DNA from: Candidatus Margulisiibacteriota bacterium
GTDB taxonomy: Bacteria > Margulisbacteria > Marinamargulisbacteria > JBFWNS01
Reading direction: 5' to 3'
Length of the DNA: 64,000 nt
Assembly: GCA_050250935.1 (NCBI GenBank)
Contig: JBFWNS010000002.1
Span: 166,433-230,432 of the forward strand
Below the pieces are notes generated by a model, which saw only the letters and a program-made list of their open reading frames with translations, did no database searches and was not told the origin of the DNA. The stretch's first letter is position 1; every line of letters starts with the position of its first letter. Position numbers and translations under genes: made by a program. This document shows, in pieces, positions 1 to 10,095 of this stretch.

Positions 1-756
1 CACATGGCCTCGCTGATTCACGACGACATGATTGACCACGCCGAAACCCGCCACAACAAACCAGCCGTTCATGCCCGGTGGGGCCAAGATATTGCCATTC
101 CGGCTGGGGTTTTTCTGTATTCGATTGCCCTGTCGTTAATCAGCGAAATTCAAAATCAAGGGGTGTTGCGGTGTATCAGCCACACAGTTAAGCAGTTGTG
201 CGAAGGCGAGATTCGCCAGGTGTTTAAACGAAACGGCGATCTGATTTCGATTCCCCATTATTTGCTGGTTTTAAAAAAGAAAACGGGGGTCTTGTTTTCG
301 GCTGCCAGCACTTGTGGGGCCTATCTGGCTTTGGACACCCCCGTAAGAACCGAATCGGTTCTAGCTCTAAAACAGTTCGGCAAAAACCTGGGTGTTGTGT
401 TCCAGATTGCCGATGATTATTTGGATGTAAAAGGCAACAGCGAAGCCCTGGGCAAAAAAGCCGGACAGGACTTTTTGGAAGGCGATGTAACCCTACCCTT
501 GTTGTATTTAATCGACAACACCCCAGAGCCACAAAAAACGGCGCTTTTGGCGCACATGCAAGCCCGAACCTTGGACGGGTTTTCGGTGGTTCAACGCGCC
601 CTTTTGGACTGCAAACCGGCCAAAGACAACACCAAGACCATGGCCTTTCATTTTCTAGAAAAAGCCAAAACCGAACTGGGACAGCTGCCCAAATCGGTTT
701 TCAAAACGGCCTTGGAGCAGCTGACGGCTGTGATTCAAAAACGGGGTTTCGACTAG
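1..756 (+). CDS. Polyprenyl diphosphate synthase (5'-truncated by window edge)
   Basis: First Asp-rich motif SLIHDDMID at the very start, KKKTG, second motif FQIADDYLD, GKKAGQDFLEG..TLP. The reading frame is open at base 1. Confidence 0.93.
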   Translation, partial: HMASLIHDDMIDHAETRHNKPAVHARWGQDIAIPAGVFLYSIALSLISEIQNQGVLRCISHTVKQLCEGEIRQVFKRNGDLISIPHYLLVLKKKTGVLFSAASTCGAYLALDTPVRTESVLALKQFGKNLGVVFQIADDYLDVKGNSEALGKKAGQDFLEGDVTLPLLYLIDNTPEPQKTALLAHMQARTLDGFSVVQRALLDCKPAKDNTKTMAFHFLEKAKTELGQLPKSVFKTALEQLTAVIQKRGFD

Positions 757-2810
757 ACCGCCACCAACGGCGGCGTGGCGGCAACCCACTGGCGCAATTG
801 CGACACAAAGGTTTCGTCTAGTGTTTTGACCAAGGCCAAACTGAACTCTCGAATGATGTCGTCGGCATCCTCGCATCCCAAAGACAGGCGAATTCCAAAC
901 TCGGCTATGCCATCCCTACGTCTTTCGTCGGGGCTCATTCCAGAATGGACTTGCTTACTGGAAATTTCGAACAAGGTATAGGGTTTTCCCAGGCTAACCG
1001 CCAGTCTTATAAACGATTGTTGGGCCAGGGTATTCACAAAATCCACCACCTGTTCGTCGGTAAACAACTCTGGGTTTAATTCAAAAAACAAGACGGTTCC
1101 AAAATGCCCCTGTTTAAGTTGCGCTTCGGCCAAAGTTCTGGCAGTGCCAACGCCTGGAAAATTAATTTGGCTAAACAAGCGATGGCCTCGAATTTCAAAC
1201 TGGTTTAAGGCCACTAAAAACTCAGCAAAACGATTGGCGTTTTGGTGTTGAATCTCCACATGGGTATCGTATTTTGAAAGGCTTTCCTCGAACACTAGCT
1301 CTGCAGTGGATATGGCCATTTCGACCCCTTCAGCTTTGATTTTTTTCTCGATGGCCAAGGCATGACCTCTGTCGTTGACTGTAAGACAGCCCCAGGTATC
1401 GCCTGTGACCCCCATGTCTTTGTGTTTGGTGGCGCTATACACCACCTGCACCATCTGACGATATGCTCTGTACGCTGAAGGACTCTCACCGAAAGCCTTT
1501 TGGAGCAACGCATTCATGTTTAAAGAATGATCGGTCAAAAAGGTGTTGTCGATGATGACGCGCTCTACCCCGGCATCTTTGGCCGCTCGTAAAATCGCAA
1601 TTATATCCACCATTTCGCAGGTGGGATTGGCCACGGGTTCGAAAAACACCACCTTGGGCTTTTCGCGTTGAATGGCCGCAATAAATGCATCTGTGGCACT
1701 GAATCGGTGGGAAACGGTTTGAATGCCCAAGGTCGGGTATTTTTCGTCAAACAGTTTTACGGTACAGCCATAAACCGGGGTCAGGTAAAGCAGTTTCCCC
1801 CCCTGTGGTAGGGCCGATCGAATGGCCACATCGATGGCTGCCATTCCCGATGTGGTGACAAACGCAGCATCTGCAGACTCTGTTCTTGCAATGTGCAGAG
1901 CCAGCGCTTTGCGGAGGTCTACCTGGATTTGAGGCATTTTTTCGAGATCGAGCTGCTCGCCAATATATGTCAGATCAACCGTATCTACACCTTTGGCAAC
2001 AACTCCAGACATGTTTTTTCCAAAATCTTTTAAACAGCAGAGCATGGGGGTGTACTCGCCTTTTCGAATTCCGATCCATCCCCAGGTATTTCCCGGTTGG
2101 TACCCCGGCTGGTGTTCTGCAACGGTGCTTAAAACAGGACGAATGTTTGCCTTGCTGGATTCTGGTATTTCCCTAAAAAGACGCGGTGGATAATTGGCTA
2201 AAATTAGCTCATGGGATACTGGTTCAGTTTGGGTTTGAAGCTGGCGAAGAGCGGCTTCAATTTTGGGTCTATCTTCGATTTTTTCATAATCCAAAACCTC
2301 GATGGTTTGTACCCCATGGGTTTTGGCAAAAAGTTCGGCCAATGTTAGAGCGGCTTGGCCAGAAGACACCACAAATCCCCCTGCCCTGCCCAGCCCGTAT
2401 GCGAGATTCATTTGTTCTGCAAGTCTGGCTGTGTCTGGTGTTCCCAATCGGTTGTACAGGTACAGCGCCCCAGCCGGAAACTCGCTATTATCGTCTGGAA
2501 CTTTTCCCAAACTGGCAAAGGCCTCGGCAGCATTGGCCAGGGTTGGATATTCGGCGCTTACAGATCCATCGGGCTTACAAAATCGTGCCTGCATCCCATC
2601 GGGCCAATCCCTTTTAGTTGTGCCAATCCAAGAAGACTCCCGATGGGGATGTTGACGCTTTGTGCCTTCTTGAAGGGGTTGTTGTTGAAGCGCCCCAAAA
2701 GCTTCTCGTCGATCGGATAGCATTCCGACTTTGAACGCTTCATTCACCAAGGACAAACACGCTTCGTAAGTACCCCCAGGAGTTGAAACAGCCAGAATCT
2801 TGTACGGCAT
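753..2810 (-). CDS. PLP-dependent trans-sulfuration enzyme (methionine gamma-lyase / cystathionine gamma-synthase family) with long N-terminal extension
   Basis: SGMAAI, VYGCT, EPVANP, IDNTF, SATKH (PLP Lys), VSLG and RLSLGCED motifs. 685 aa versus about 400 aa typical. Confidence 0.85.
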   Translation of the reverse strand: MPYKILAVSTPGGTYEACLSLVNEAFKVGMLSDRREAFGALQQQPLQEGTKRQHPHRESSWIGTTKRDWPDGMQARFCKPDGSVSAEYPTLANAAEAFASLGKVPDDNSEFPAGALYLYNRLGTPDTARLAEQMNLAYGLGRAGGFVVSSGQAALTLAELFAKTHGVQTIEVLDYEKIEDRPKIEAALRQLQTQTEPVSHELILANYPPRLFREIPESSKANIRPVLSTVAEHQPGYQPGNTWGWIGIRKGEYTPMLCCLKDFGKNMSGVVAKGVDTVDLTYIGEQLDLEKMPQIQVDLRKALALHIARTESADAAFVTTSGMAAIDVAIRSALPQGGKLLYLTPVYGCTVKLFDEKYPTLGIQTVSHRFSATDAFIAAIQREKPKVVFFEPVANPTCEMVDIIAILRAAKDAGVERVIIDNTFLTDHSLNMNALLQKAFGESPSAYRAYRQMVQVVYSATKHKDMGVTGDTWGCLTVNDRGHALAIEKKIKAEGVEMAISTAELVFEESLSKYDTHVEIQHQNANRFAEFLVALNQFEIRGHRLFSQINFPGVGTARTLAEAQLKQGHFGTVLFFELNPELFTDEQVVDFVNTLAQQSFIRLAVSLGKPYTLFEISSKQVHSGMSPDERRRDGIAEFGIRLSLGCEDADDIIREFSLALVKTLDETFVSQLRQWVAATPPLVAV

Positions 2811-2930
2811 GGTGATGACCCTTTGTTGAGCTTGCTATTGGGAATGGGAAGTTCCAAAAAGCCTACTAAACAAAAAGCATCGACGTCAATTTGTTAGTTA
2901 TTTTAAAAAAATTCCATACACCACTTTTGG

Positions 2931-3983
2931 CTAGAGCGAGGTTTCTCGCTTGGAAATGCTGGCGCTCACCAGATCCAACAACGCTGGATCTTCCAAAATT
3001 TGTCCCGTTCCGATGGCCACACAAGATAACGGATCTTCGGCCATGCGAATGGGAATGTTGGTTTCTTCGGTGATTAGACGTCCCAATCCTTGCAAAAAAG
3101 AGCCGCCACCCGTCATCAAGATGCCCCGTTCCATGATGTCCGAAGACAGCTCTGGAGGTGTTTTTTCTAGGGTGATTCTGACGGTGTCGATGATGGCCGA
3201 CACACATTCGGACAAGGCGTCTCGGATTTCCATGGACGAAACTGTAAAGGTTCTGGGCAAGCCGGTTAGCAAATCCCGGCCTCGAATTTCCATGGTTTGC
3301 TCTTCTTTGAGGGGATAGGCAGAGCCAATTTCCATTTTAACTTGCTCGGCCATGCGTTCGCCGATCAACAGGTTATAGTTTTTGCGGCAATGCGAAATAA
3401 TGGCATCGTCAAACTCGTTACCGGCGATGCGGATGGATTTACACACCACAATACCGCCCAACGAAATCACGGCCACCTCGGTGGTTCCACCGCCAATGTC
3501 GATAATCATATTGCCTTGGGCTTCGGCAACAGCAATGCCTGCCCCAACGGCTGCGGCCATGGGCTCTTCGATGAGCAGGGTTTCTTTGGCACCCGCTTGC
3601 AAGGCTGCATCCAAAACAGCACGTTTTTCCACTTCGGTGATGCCCCAAGGCACCCCAACCAAGACCCGCGGCTTAATGAATCCGTTGTTGGAGTTGGCTT
3701 TTTGCACAAAGGCGCGGATCATTTTTTCGGTGATATCAAAATCGGCGATGACCCCATCTTTCATGGGTCGAACGGCAATGATGTCGCCTGGGGTTCGGCC
3801 AACCATCAAATAGGCTTCACTGCCAATGGCCATAACCCGTTTGCTACCCTTTTCGATGGCCACAACCGAAGGCTCCCGAACCACGATGCCCTCGCCACGC
3901 ACATAAACAACGGTATTGGCGGTTCCCAAATCGATGCCAATATCCCGAGAAAACCGATTCATCACCGCATCAAAAAAACCCAT
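2931..3983 (-). CDS. mreB: Rod shape-determining protein MreB
   Basis: [25 protein letters not shown]. Start placed at ATG 3983 after an AGAGG RBS. Confidence 0.97.
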   Translation of the reverse strand: MGFFDAVMNRFSRDIGIDLGTANTVVYVRGEGIVVREPSVVAIEKGSKRVMAIGSEAYLMVGRTPGDIIAVRPMKDGVIADFDITEKMIRAFVQKANSNNGFIKPRVLVGVPWGITEVEKRAVLDAALQAGAKETLLIEEPMAAAVGAGIAVAEAQGNMIIDIGGGTTEVAVISLGGIVVCKSIRIAGNEFDDAIISHCRKNYNLLIGERMAEQVKMEIGSAYPLKEEQTMEIRGRDLLTGLPRTFTVSSMEIRDALSECVSAIIDTVRITLEKTPPELSSDIMERGILMTGGGSFLQGLGRLITEETNIPIRMAEDPLSCVAIGTGQILEDPALLDLVSASISKRETSL

Positions 3984-4023
3984 TCCGATTAACCTCTGGC
4001 ATTTCTGTAAAATAAGATCAAAA

Positions 4024-4599
4024 TTAGCGGACCATGATACCACGCTTTTTTAAGATCGGGTATAAGGTCTTCGTCGGCAAGCCAATGACCGTATCCAGGC
4101 TTCCCGAGACCCTGGCCACAAAGCGATTCCCCACCTCTTGCAGGCCATAGCTGCCAGCTTTGTCCAGAGGGTTAAAAGTCGTGCAATACCAATCGATATC
4201 GGTCGGTGAAAGCATTTTAAAGGTTACCGTTGTGGTTTCGGTTCTAGAGACGCTTTTACCCGATGTGGTGTCCAACAGACAAAATGCAGAGATCACCCGA
4301 TGGGTTTCTCCCGATAAACTGGCCAACATCGCTTTGGCATCGTCCATGGTTTCGGGTTTTCCCAAAATACGTTTGCCCAGTACCACAACGGTGTCGACCC
4401 CCAACACAAGGCCTTGATAGTCGGCTTTAGAGGCCCAGGCTTTCTGCTTGGCCAGTCGGCGTAAATCGGCCCGAATATCGGCAGAAACCTTGGGCAACGC
4501 TTCTTCCAACAGCAGGTTTGGAATTTGTTCGAAAGCGATTCCGGCCTGGCGGAGCAGATCCACCCGGCGCGGAGAAGCCGAAGCCAAAAACAAAGTCAT
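4024..4599 (-). CDS. maf: Maf-family nucleoside triphosphate pyrophosphatase
   Basis: [28 protein letters not shown]; usual position upstream of mreB. Confidence 0.95.
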   Translation of the reverse strand: MTLFLASASPRRVDLLRQAGIAFEQIPNLLLEEALPKVSADIRADLRRLAKQKAWASKADYQGLVLGVDTVVVLGKRILGKPETMDDAKAMLASLSGETHRVISAFCLLDTTSGKSVSRTETTTVTFKMLSPTDIDWYCTTFNPLDKAGSYGLQEVGNRFVARVSGSLDTVIGLPTKTLYPILKKRGIMVR

Positions 4600-4602
4600 G
4601 GG

Positions 4603-5406
4603 CTAGCGATTAAGCAAATAGGCGTCTGAAAAACCCCAAGCTTTGACTCTGGCCAAATCGCCGGCCGCTGCTTGAGAAGACGGGTATGCCCCGGCTTGGA
4701 CCCGATAGACCGTGACCCCATTGACGGTATCTTTCCAGACATAGGGAACTCGGCCATGGGCTTGGAGCTGTTTTGTTACGGCGTCTGCATTGGCAGGGTT
4801 GGCAAAGGTGCCCACGATCAATTTATACGTTAAGGGCTGAGTGGCAACCGGACGAGGCGTAGGGGCTACGGATCGTGGAGCGACCACTGTTGCCTTGGGC
4901 TTATAACTGATGTTTACGCCTGCCTGATGAACTGGTTTTTCGGCCTTAACGTCTGCCTTATCAACCGATTTTGCTTTGAGGTCTGGCTTGGGTTGCTCGG
5001 CTTTGGCCACAGGTTTTACACCTTGTTTTTCGGGTTTAGACGTTTGTTTTTCTGCCGCTTTAATTTCTGGCTTAGGCGTTGTTTTTTCGATTTTTGTTTC
5101 TTGAATTTGAGTTTCTTGAGTCGGTTGAACCTCTTCGGTGATGGCTTCTTGAGCAATTTCGGTATTTTCGCTGACTTCTTTGGTGATATCCACAAATTCA
5201 ACCGTGGTTTCTTTGGGCTTAAAGACTTTTTTGCTGAGGTTAAAACCAAGAACCAGTAACACAAAAATGACCAACAAAATCAGAATCAAAGACAGGGATG
5301 CCTTTTTTAGGCTAAATTCGTGGGTTTCTCGCTCTCGCAACAGATCGCCCAGGCCATCGTTAAATTCTAAATCGTCACGGTCAAAAGGGTGCTTATCCAA
5401 GGCCAT
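4603..5406 (-). CDS. Bitopic SPOR-domain cell-division protein
   Basis: Single TM segment, Lys/Glu/Pro-rich linker, C-terminal SPOR domain (VGTFANPANA...YRVQAGAY). Start set at ATG 5406 after GGAGG, which avoids overlap with pyrC. Confidence 0.85.
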   Translation of the reverse strand: MALDKHPFDRDDLEFNDGLGDLLRERETHEFSLKKASLSLILILLVIFVLLVLGFNLSKKVFKPKETTVEFVDITKEVSENTEIAQEAITEEVQPTQETQIQETKIEKTTPKPEIKAAEKQTSKPEKQGVKPVAKAEQPKPDLKAKSVDKADVKAEKPVHQAGVNISYKPKATVVAPRSVAPTPRPVATQPLTYKLIVGTFANPANADAVTKQLQAHGRVPYVWKDTVNGVTVYRVQAGAYPSSQAAAGDLARVKAWGFSDAYLLNR

Positions 5407-5506
5407 GCCTCCATAGGGGGAATTGGGGGTATCATACCAAAAGTCCTTGCCCACGTAAAAGCAAATCTCGACAAGGCTGGGTTGGGTATCGTTAAATAGA
5501 GGCATC

Positions 5507-6811
5507 ATGATACTGTTTAAAGGCGTTACCCTTGTTTTGCCCGAGGGCATTCGCAATGGCGATTTGCTGGTTGAAAACGGCAAAATCAAGGCCATTGGTC
5601 CCAGCTTGCCCGAGCATGCCCAAACCATCATTAAAGACAAAGGGTTGACCTTAATGGCTGGGGTGATTGATCCCCACGTTCATTTTCGCGATCCTGGAGC
5701 CCCGCATAAAGAAGATCTGGAATCGGGGTCCATGGCCGCAGCAGCTGGCGGTGTCACCAGTTTTTTTGACATGCCCAACACCAATCCTCCGGCAGTAACC
5801 ACTGCTACCATTGCTCAAAAAAAAGCCATTGCTGCTCAAAAATCGTTGGTGAATTACAATTTTTATATCGGGGCCACCCAAGATAATTTGGAGGACCTGC
5901 TTCAGACCCCCAATGTGCCAGGCATTAAGTTGTTTGTTGGATCAACAACGGGGAATATGTTGGTGGATGATCCCGACATTTTGGACCGAATTTTCAGAAC
6001 TGGCTCCAGGCTGATCGCGGTTCACAGCGAAGACGAACCCACAGTCTTGGCCAACAAAGCCCGATACGAAGGCTCGACCAACCCCGCCGATCACGCCAAC
6101 ATTCGAAGCCCAGAAGCCGCCCTGATTTGCACCCAAAAACTGGTTGCTTTGGCCGAAAAATACCAGCGCCGCCTGCACATTTGCCACCTGACCACCGAAG
6201 AAGAAGCCCGGTATTTGGCCCAACACAAACCGCCTTTTGTGACCACAGAATTGTGCTTGCAACACGGTTTTTTACACGGACCCGAGATTTATGAAAAATA
6301 TGGTTGTTTTGCCCAGATTAATCCCCCACTTCGGGACAAGCGACACGGCGAAACCTTGTGGCAGGCGTTGGTCAACGGCGTCATCGACTGTGTGGCCACC
6401 GACCATGCCCCCCATACGATCGAAGAAAAGCAAAAACCGTTTGGCCAAGCGCCTTCTGGCATGCCAGGCGTGGAAACCTCGTTACCCTTGTTGTTAACCC
6501 AAGTTGCCCAACACCGGTGCAGCTTGGAACAGGCGTCAAGGTGGTTGTCGGCAAAGCCAGCCGAGCTGTTTAAGATTCATAACAAAGGCGAATTGCGGGT
6601 GGGTTTTGATGCAGACCTGGCCCTGGTGGATCTGAACGCCACCTACAAAATCGAGGCCAAAAATCTCCACTCCAAATGCGGATGGACAGCCTTTGAAGAT
6701 TGGACTGTCACCGGAAAACCCATTGCCACCGTGGTGAATGGACATTTTGTTTACCGCGAAGGCGACTTTTTTAAGGACCAAAAAGGCCAAGAAATCATCA
6801 TTAAGGAGTAA
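5507..6811 (+). CDS. pyrC: Dihydroorotase (long type)
   Basis: [36 protein letters not shown]. Confidence 0.92.
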   Translation: MILFKGVTLVLPEGIRNGDLLVENGKIKAIGPSLPEHAQTIIKDKGLTLMAGVIDPHVHFRDPGAPHKEDLESGSMAAAAGGVTSFFDMPNTNPPAVTTATIAQKKAIAAQKSLVNYNFYIGATQDNLEDLLQTPNVPGIKLFVGSTTGNMLVDDPDILDRIFRTGSRLIAVHSEDEPTVLANKARYEGSTNPADHANIRSPEAALICTQKLVALAEKYQRRLHICHLTTEEEARYLAQHKPPFVTTELCLQHGFLHGPEIYEKYGCFAQINPPLRDKRHGETLWQALVNGVIDCVATDHAPHTIEEKQKPFGQAPSGMPGVETSLPLLLTQVAQHRCSLEQASRWLSAKPAELFKIHNKGELRVGFDADLALVDLNATYKIEAKNLHSKCGWTAFEDWTVTGKPIATVVNGHFVYREGDFFKDQKGQEIIIKE

Positions 6812-6815
6812 GGGT

Positions 6816-8813
6816 ATGAGCATTGAAACCTTGTCGCATGAAAACCGTGTTTTTGAGGCATCGGCAACGTTTAAAGCTCAGGCCAACCTCCAAGATGGGG
6901 CGCTTTATAACCAAGCCAAAACCGACCGATTGGGATTTTGGGAAGACCGGGCCAAAGAATTGCGCTGGATGCAGCCTTGGCACACGGTTTTAGACTGGCA
7001 ACGCCCCTACGCCAAATGGTTTGTGGGTGGAAAACTCAATGCCTCGGCCAATTGTTTGGATGTGCATTTGGAAAGCCGTGCCACCAAACCCGCCCTGGTC
7101 TGGGAAGGCGAACCCGGCGACACCCAAACCCTGACCTATGCCGAACTTCACCAGCAGGTAACTGAGCTAAGCTATCAGCTGAAGCATCGGTTTGGTGTTC
7201 AAAAAGGCCATCGGGTAACGTTGTACCTGCCCCTGGTTCCCGAATTGGTGGTTGCCGTTTTGGCCTGTGCCCGAATTGGTGCCATTCACAGCGTGGTGTT
7301 TGGGGGATTCAGCGCCCAATCGCTTAAAGACCGCATTCTGGACTCCGGCTCTGAACTTTTGATTACGGCCGATGGCGGCTACAGGCGCGGCGGCATTGTG
7401 AATTTAAAAGAGATTGCCGACGCTGCTTTGGACAAAAACGATACGCCTGTCAAAAACGTTTTGGTGCTCAATCGTGTTCAAAAACGAGACGCCAATTTTT
7501 CTATAAACTGGATTAACGGCCGAGACCACGACTATGGCACGGTGATGGCTGAAGCTTTAGGAAAACAGTGCGAACCCGAAGCCATGGACAGCGAAGACAC
7601 CCTTTTTATTTTGTACACGTCTGGTACCACCGGAAAACCCAAAGGCATCATGCACAGCACGGGTGGCTATTTAACCCATGCCCACTACTCCACCAAAGCC
7701 GTTTTCGACCTCAAAGACAGCGATGTCTATTGGTGCACAGCCGATGTGGGTTGGATTACGGGGCACAGTTATGTGGTGTATGGTCCTTTGTCGAATGGGG
7801 CCACGGTATTTTTGTATGAAGGCGCCCCCGATTTTCCCGATAAAGATCGGTTTTGGGAGCTGATTGCCAAATACAAGATCAGCATTTTTTACACGGCCCC
7901 AACGGCCATTCGGGCCTTTATGAAATGGGGAACCGAGCTGCCGGCCCGTCATAATTTAAGTTCTTTGCGGCTGTTGGGAACGGTGGGAGAACCGATTAAC
8001 CCCGAGGCCTGGGTTTGGTATCACCAACACATTGGCGGGGGCCGTTGCCCGATTGTGGACACCTGGTGGCAAACCGAAACCGGCGGCATTATGATTTCCA
8101 ATTTGCCCGCGTTAAATCCCATGAAACCTGGTTATGCAGGGCTTCCTTTGCCCGGGATATCGGCTCAGATTTTAGAAACAGATGGGCGTCCGTTAAGTAC
8201 AGGCGGTGGGCTTCTATCTCTGACTGAACCGTGGCCGTCGATGCTGAGGGGCATTTGGGGAGACCCTGCCCGCTATGAAGACGTGTATTGGAGCCAATTC
8301 GAGACTTACTTTGCCGGCGACGGCGCCACCGTGGACGAAGATGGCTATTTTATGGTCTTGGGCCGGGTCGACGATGTCTTAAACGTGGCCGGACACCGCA
8401 TAGGCACCATGGAAGTGGAAAGCGCCTTGGTCGATCATGCCAGCGTGGCCGAAGCTGCCGTTGTGGGACGGGCAGATGATCTTAAGGGCCAAGCCATTGT
8501 GGCTTTTGTGATTTTAAAAGAATCGGCCATTTCTTCGCCAGCGCTCAAAAAAGAACTCATCGCCCATGTTGGGACTGTGATTGGGGCCATCGCCAAACCC
8601 GCCGATGTGGTATTCACCCCAGAACTGCCCAAAACCCGTAGTGGCAAAATCATGCGCCGGTTGCTTAAAGACATTGTTGCGGGCAACCCTTTGGGGGACA
8701 CCACGACCTTGGCCAACCCAGCTATTGTTTCAGAGATTGCAGACCTGTATCGGACAGGGTGTTTGGAGCGGGAAAAGGGACTCGAACCCTCGACATCAAG
8801 CTTGGAAGGCTAG
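6816..8813 (+). CDS. acs: Acetyl-CoA synthetase
   Basis: [47 protein letters not shown] before ATG 6816. Confidence 0.97.
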   Translation: MSIETLSHENRVFEASATFKAQANLQDGALYNQAKTDRLGFWEDRAKELRWMQPWHTVLDWQRPYAKWFVGGKLNASANCLDVHLESRATKPALVWEGEPGDTQTLTYAELHQQVTELSYQLKHRFGVQKGHRVTLYLPLVPELVVAVLACARIGAIHSVVFGGFSAQSLKDRILDSGSELLITADGGYRRGGIVNLKEIADAALDKNDTPVKNVLVLNRVQKRDANFSINWINGRDHDYGTVMAEALGKQCEPEAMDSEDTLFILYTSGTTGKPKGIMHSTGGYLTHAHYSTKAVFDLKDSDVYWCTADVGWITGHSYVVYGPLSNGATVFLYEGAPDFPDKDRFWELIAKYKISIFYTAPTAIRAFMKWGTELPARHNLSSLRLLGTVGEPINPEAWVWYHQHIGGGRCPIVDTWWQTETGGIMISNLPALNPMKPGYAGLPLPGISAQILETDGRPLSTGGGLLSLTEPWPSMLRGIWGDPARYEDVYWSQFETYFAGDGATVDEDGYFMVLGRVDDVLNVAGHRIGTMEVESALVDHASVAEAAVVGRADDLKGQAIVAFVILKESAISSPALKKELIAHVGTVIGAIAKPADVVFTPELPKTRSGKIMRRLLKDIVAGNPLGDTTTLANPAIVSEIADLYRTGCLEREKGLEPSTSSLEG

Positions 8814-8839
8814 CGCTCTACCAACTGAGCTATTCCCGC
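8764..8839 (-). tRNA. tRNA-Gly (anticodon TCC)
   Basis: Reverse complement folds as a 76-nt cloverleaf: GCGGGAA acceptor, GCTC/GAGC D stem, CT-TCC-AA anticodon loop, TTCGAGT T loop, encoded CCA. One U-U mismatch in the anticodon stem. Confidence 0.95.
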
Positions 8840-8929
8840 TCGTAAGTGCGGTCAATCCTAGCAAAGAACGGGGAACAAAACAAGGCTCCGGCCTTCAAAA
8901 ATACGGCCAATTGGGCTATCCTAGAGGCC

Positions 8930-9685
8930 ATGTATCCAGAGCTCAACGGAAAAGTTGCCTTAATTACCGGCGCCAGTCGCGGGTTTGGCCGTGCGATTGC
9001 GTTGCGATTGGTTCAAGAAGGCTGCCACATCGTGGTGAACTACCGTCGCTCTAAAACCGAAGCCGAAGGGGTTTATGCCGAGATTTTGGCCATGGGTGGA
9101 ACCGCTACTTTGGTGCGGGCCGACATGGGTGATGAGGATAAAATCAAGGCCATGTTTGAACAAATTAAGGCCGAGGTTGGCCGCGTTGATATTGTGGTTC
9201 CCAATGCCTCGTTTGGGATTCCCGGGCAGGCCATGAATGCCACCACCCGCTATTGGGATGTCACCATGGATGCCACCGCCAAATCGCTGTTGGTGTTGGC
9301 CCAGCAAGCTGTGCCATTGATGCAAAATTGGGGCCGAATCATCACCGTGACCAGCTATGGGGGTCAGCGGGTGTTGGACGGGTATGGGGTCGTTGGACCT
9401 GCCAAGGCTGCTGTTGAAGGACTCACCCGAACCTTGGCTGTGGAACTGGCCCCAAAAAATATTATTGTTAACGGTGTTATGCCTGGATTGGCGGACACCA
9501 AATCGTTTCGCGCCATTCCAGGTGCCGACGAAGCCTTGGCCCGTGTGGCTAGCAATACCCCCGCAGGTCGGGTGGTTTCGCCCGAAGAAGTGGCCAATAC
9601 CGTGGCCTTTTTGGCCTCCGATCAAGCCGCCATGATCGTGGGACAATTTATTATTATCGATGGCGGCGCATTTATTGTTGGTTAA
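8930..9685 (+). CDS. SDR oxidoreductase, FabL-like enoyl-ACP reductase
   Basis: TGASRGFG Rossmann motif. YGVVGPAK has the Y-x6-K spacing of FabL/FabI-type reductases. Confidence 0.75.
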   Translation: MYPELNGKVALITGASRGFGRAIALRLVQEGCHIVVNYRRSKTEAEGVYAEILAMGGTATLVRADMGDEDKIKAMFEQIKAEVGRVDIVVPNASFGIPGQAMNATTRYWDVTMDATAKSLLVLAQQAVPLMQNWGRIITVTSYGGQRVLDGYGVVGPAKAAVEGLTRTLAVELAPKNIIVNGVMPGLADTKSFRAIPGADEALARVASNTPAGRVVSPEEVANTVAFLASDQAAMIVGQFIIIDGGAFIVG

Positions 9686-9700
9686 CAAAGGAGAACAACC

Positions 9701-10081
9701 ATGATTCCAGCTCAATTATATTACACCGAAGACCACGAATGGGTTCGGGTTGAAGGCGACATCGCCACCGTTGGTATTACCGATCACGCTGTTAAAGAAC
9801 TCGGCGATATTGTGTTTGTCGATCTTCCCGAAGTCGGCAGCCAAATCGAGCAAATGGCCGAGTTTGGATCTGTGGAATCGGTTAAAACCGTTTCTGGCCT
9901 TTTCTTGCCCGTCAGCGGAGAAGTGGTTGCGGTGAACGCCGATGCCCTGTCTGAACCTGCTGTTTTAAACGATTCTCCTTACGAAGATGGTTGGTTGATT
10001 CAGGTTCGCATGGCCGATCCCAAAGAGCTTGAAGATCTGCTCTCGGCTGCCGATTACAAAACCCACCTCGAATCCCTTTAA
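9701..10081 (+). CDS. gcvH: Glycine cleavage system H protein
   Basis: YTEDHEW, VGITDHA, VESVK (lipoyl Lys), SPYEDGW; AAGGAG RBS. Confidence 0.97.
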   Translation: MIPAQLYYTEDHEWVRVEGDIATVGITDHAVKELGDIVFVDLPEVGSQIEQMAEFGSVESVKTVSGLFLPVSGEVVAVNADALSEPAVLNDSPYEDGWLIQVRMADPKELEDLLSAADYKTHLESL

Positions 10082-10095
10082 TCCGGAGTACTTTT

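Noticed and set aside
1..756. Polyprenyl synthase as dedicated precursor supply for the terpene cyclase
   Set aside because: It is 52 kb away and resembles long-chain quinone side-chain synthases; nothing links the two.
2875..2910. Sigma28-like promoter upstream of the PLP lyase, implying a common effector regulon
   Set aside because: Weak match (GTCGATGC, off spacing), and no equivalent found before the P450 or the cyclase.
5407..5640. N-terminal extension of the SPOR protein
   Set aside because: Overlaps pyrC on the opposite strand; an RBS supports the later start at 5406.
8581..9054. 157-aa ORF spanning the acs end, the tRNA and the SDR start
   Set aside because: Shadow ORF; its [10 protein letters not shown] segment is translated antisense tRNA.
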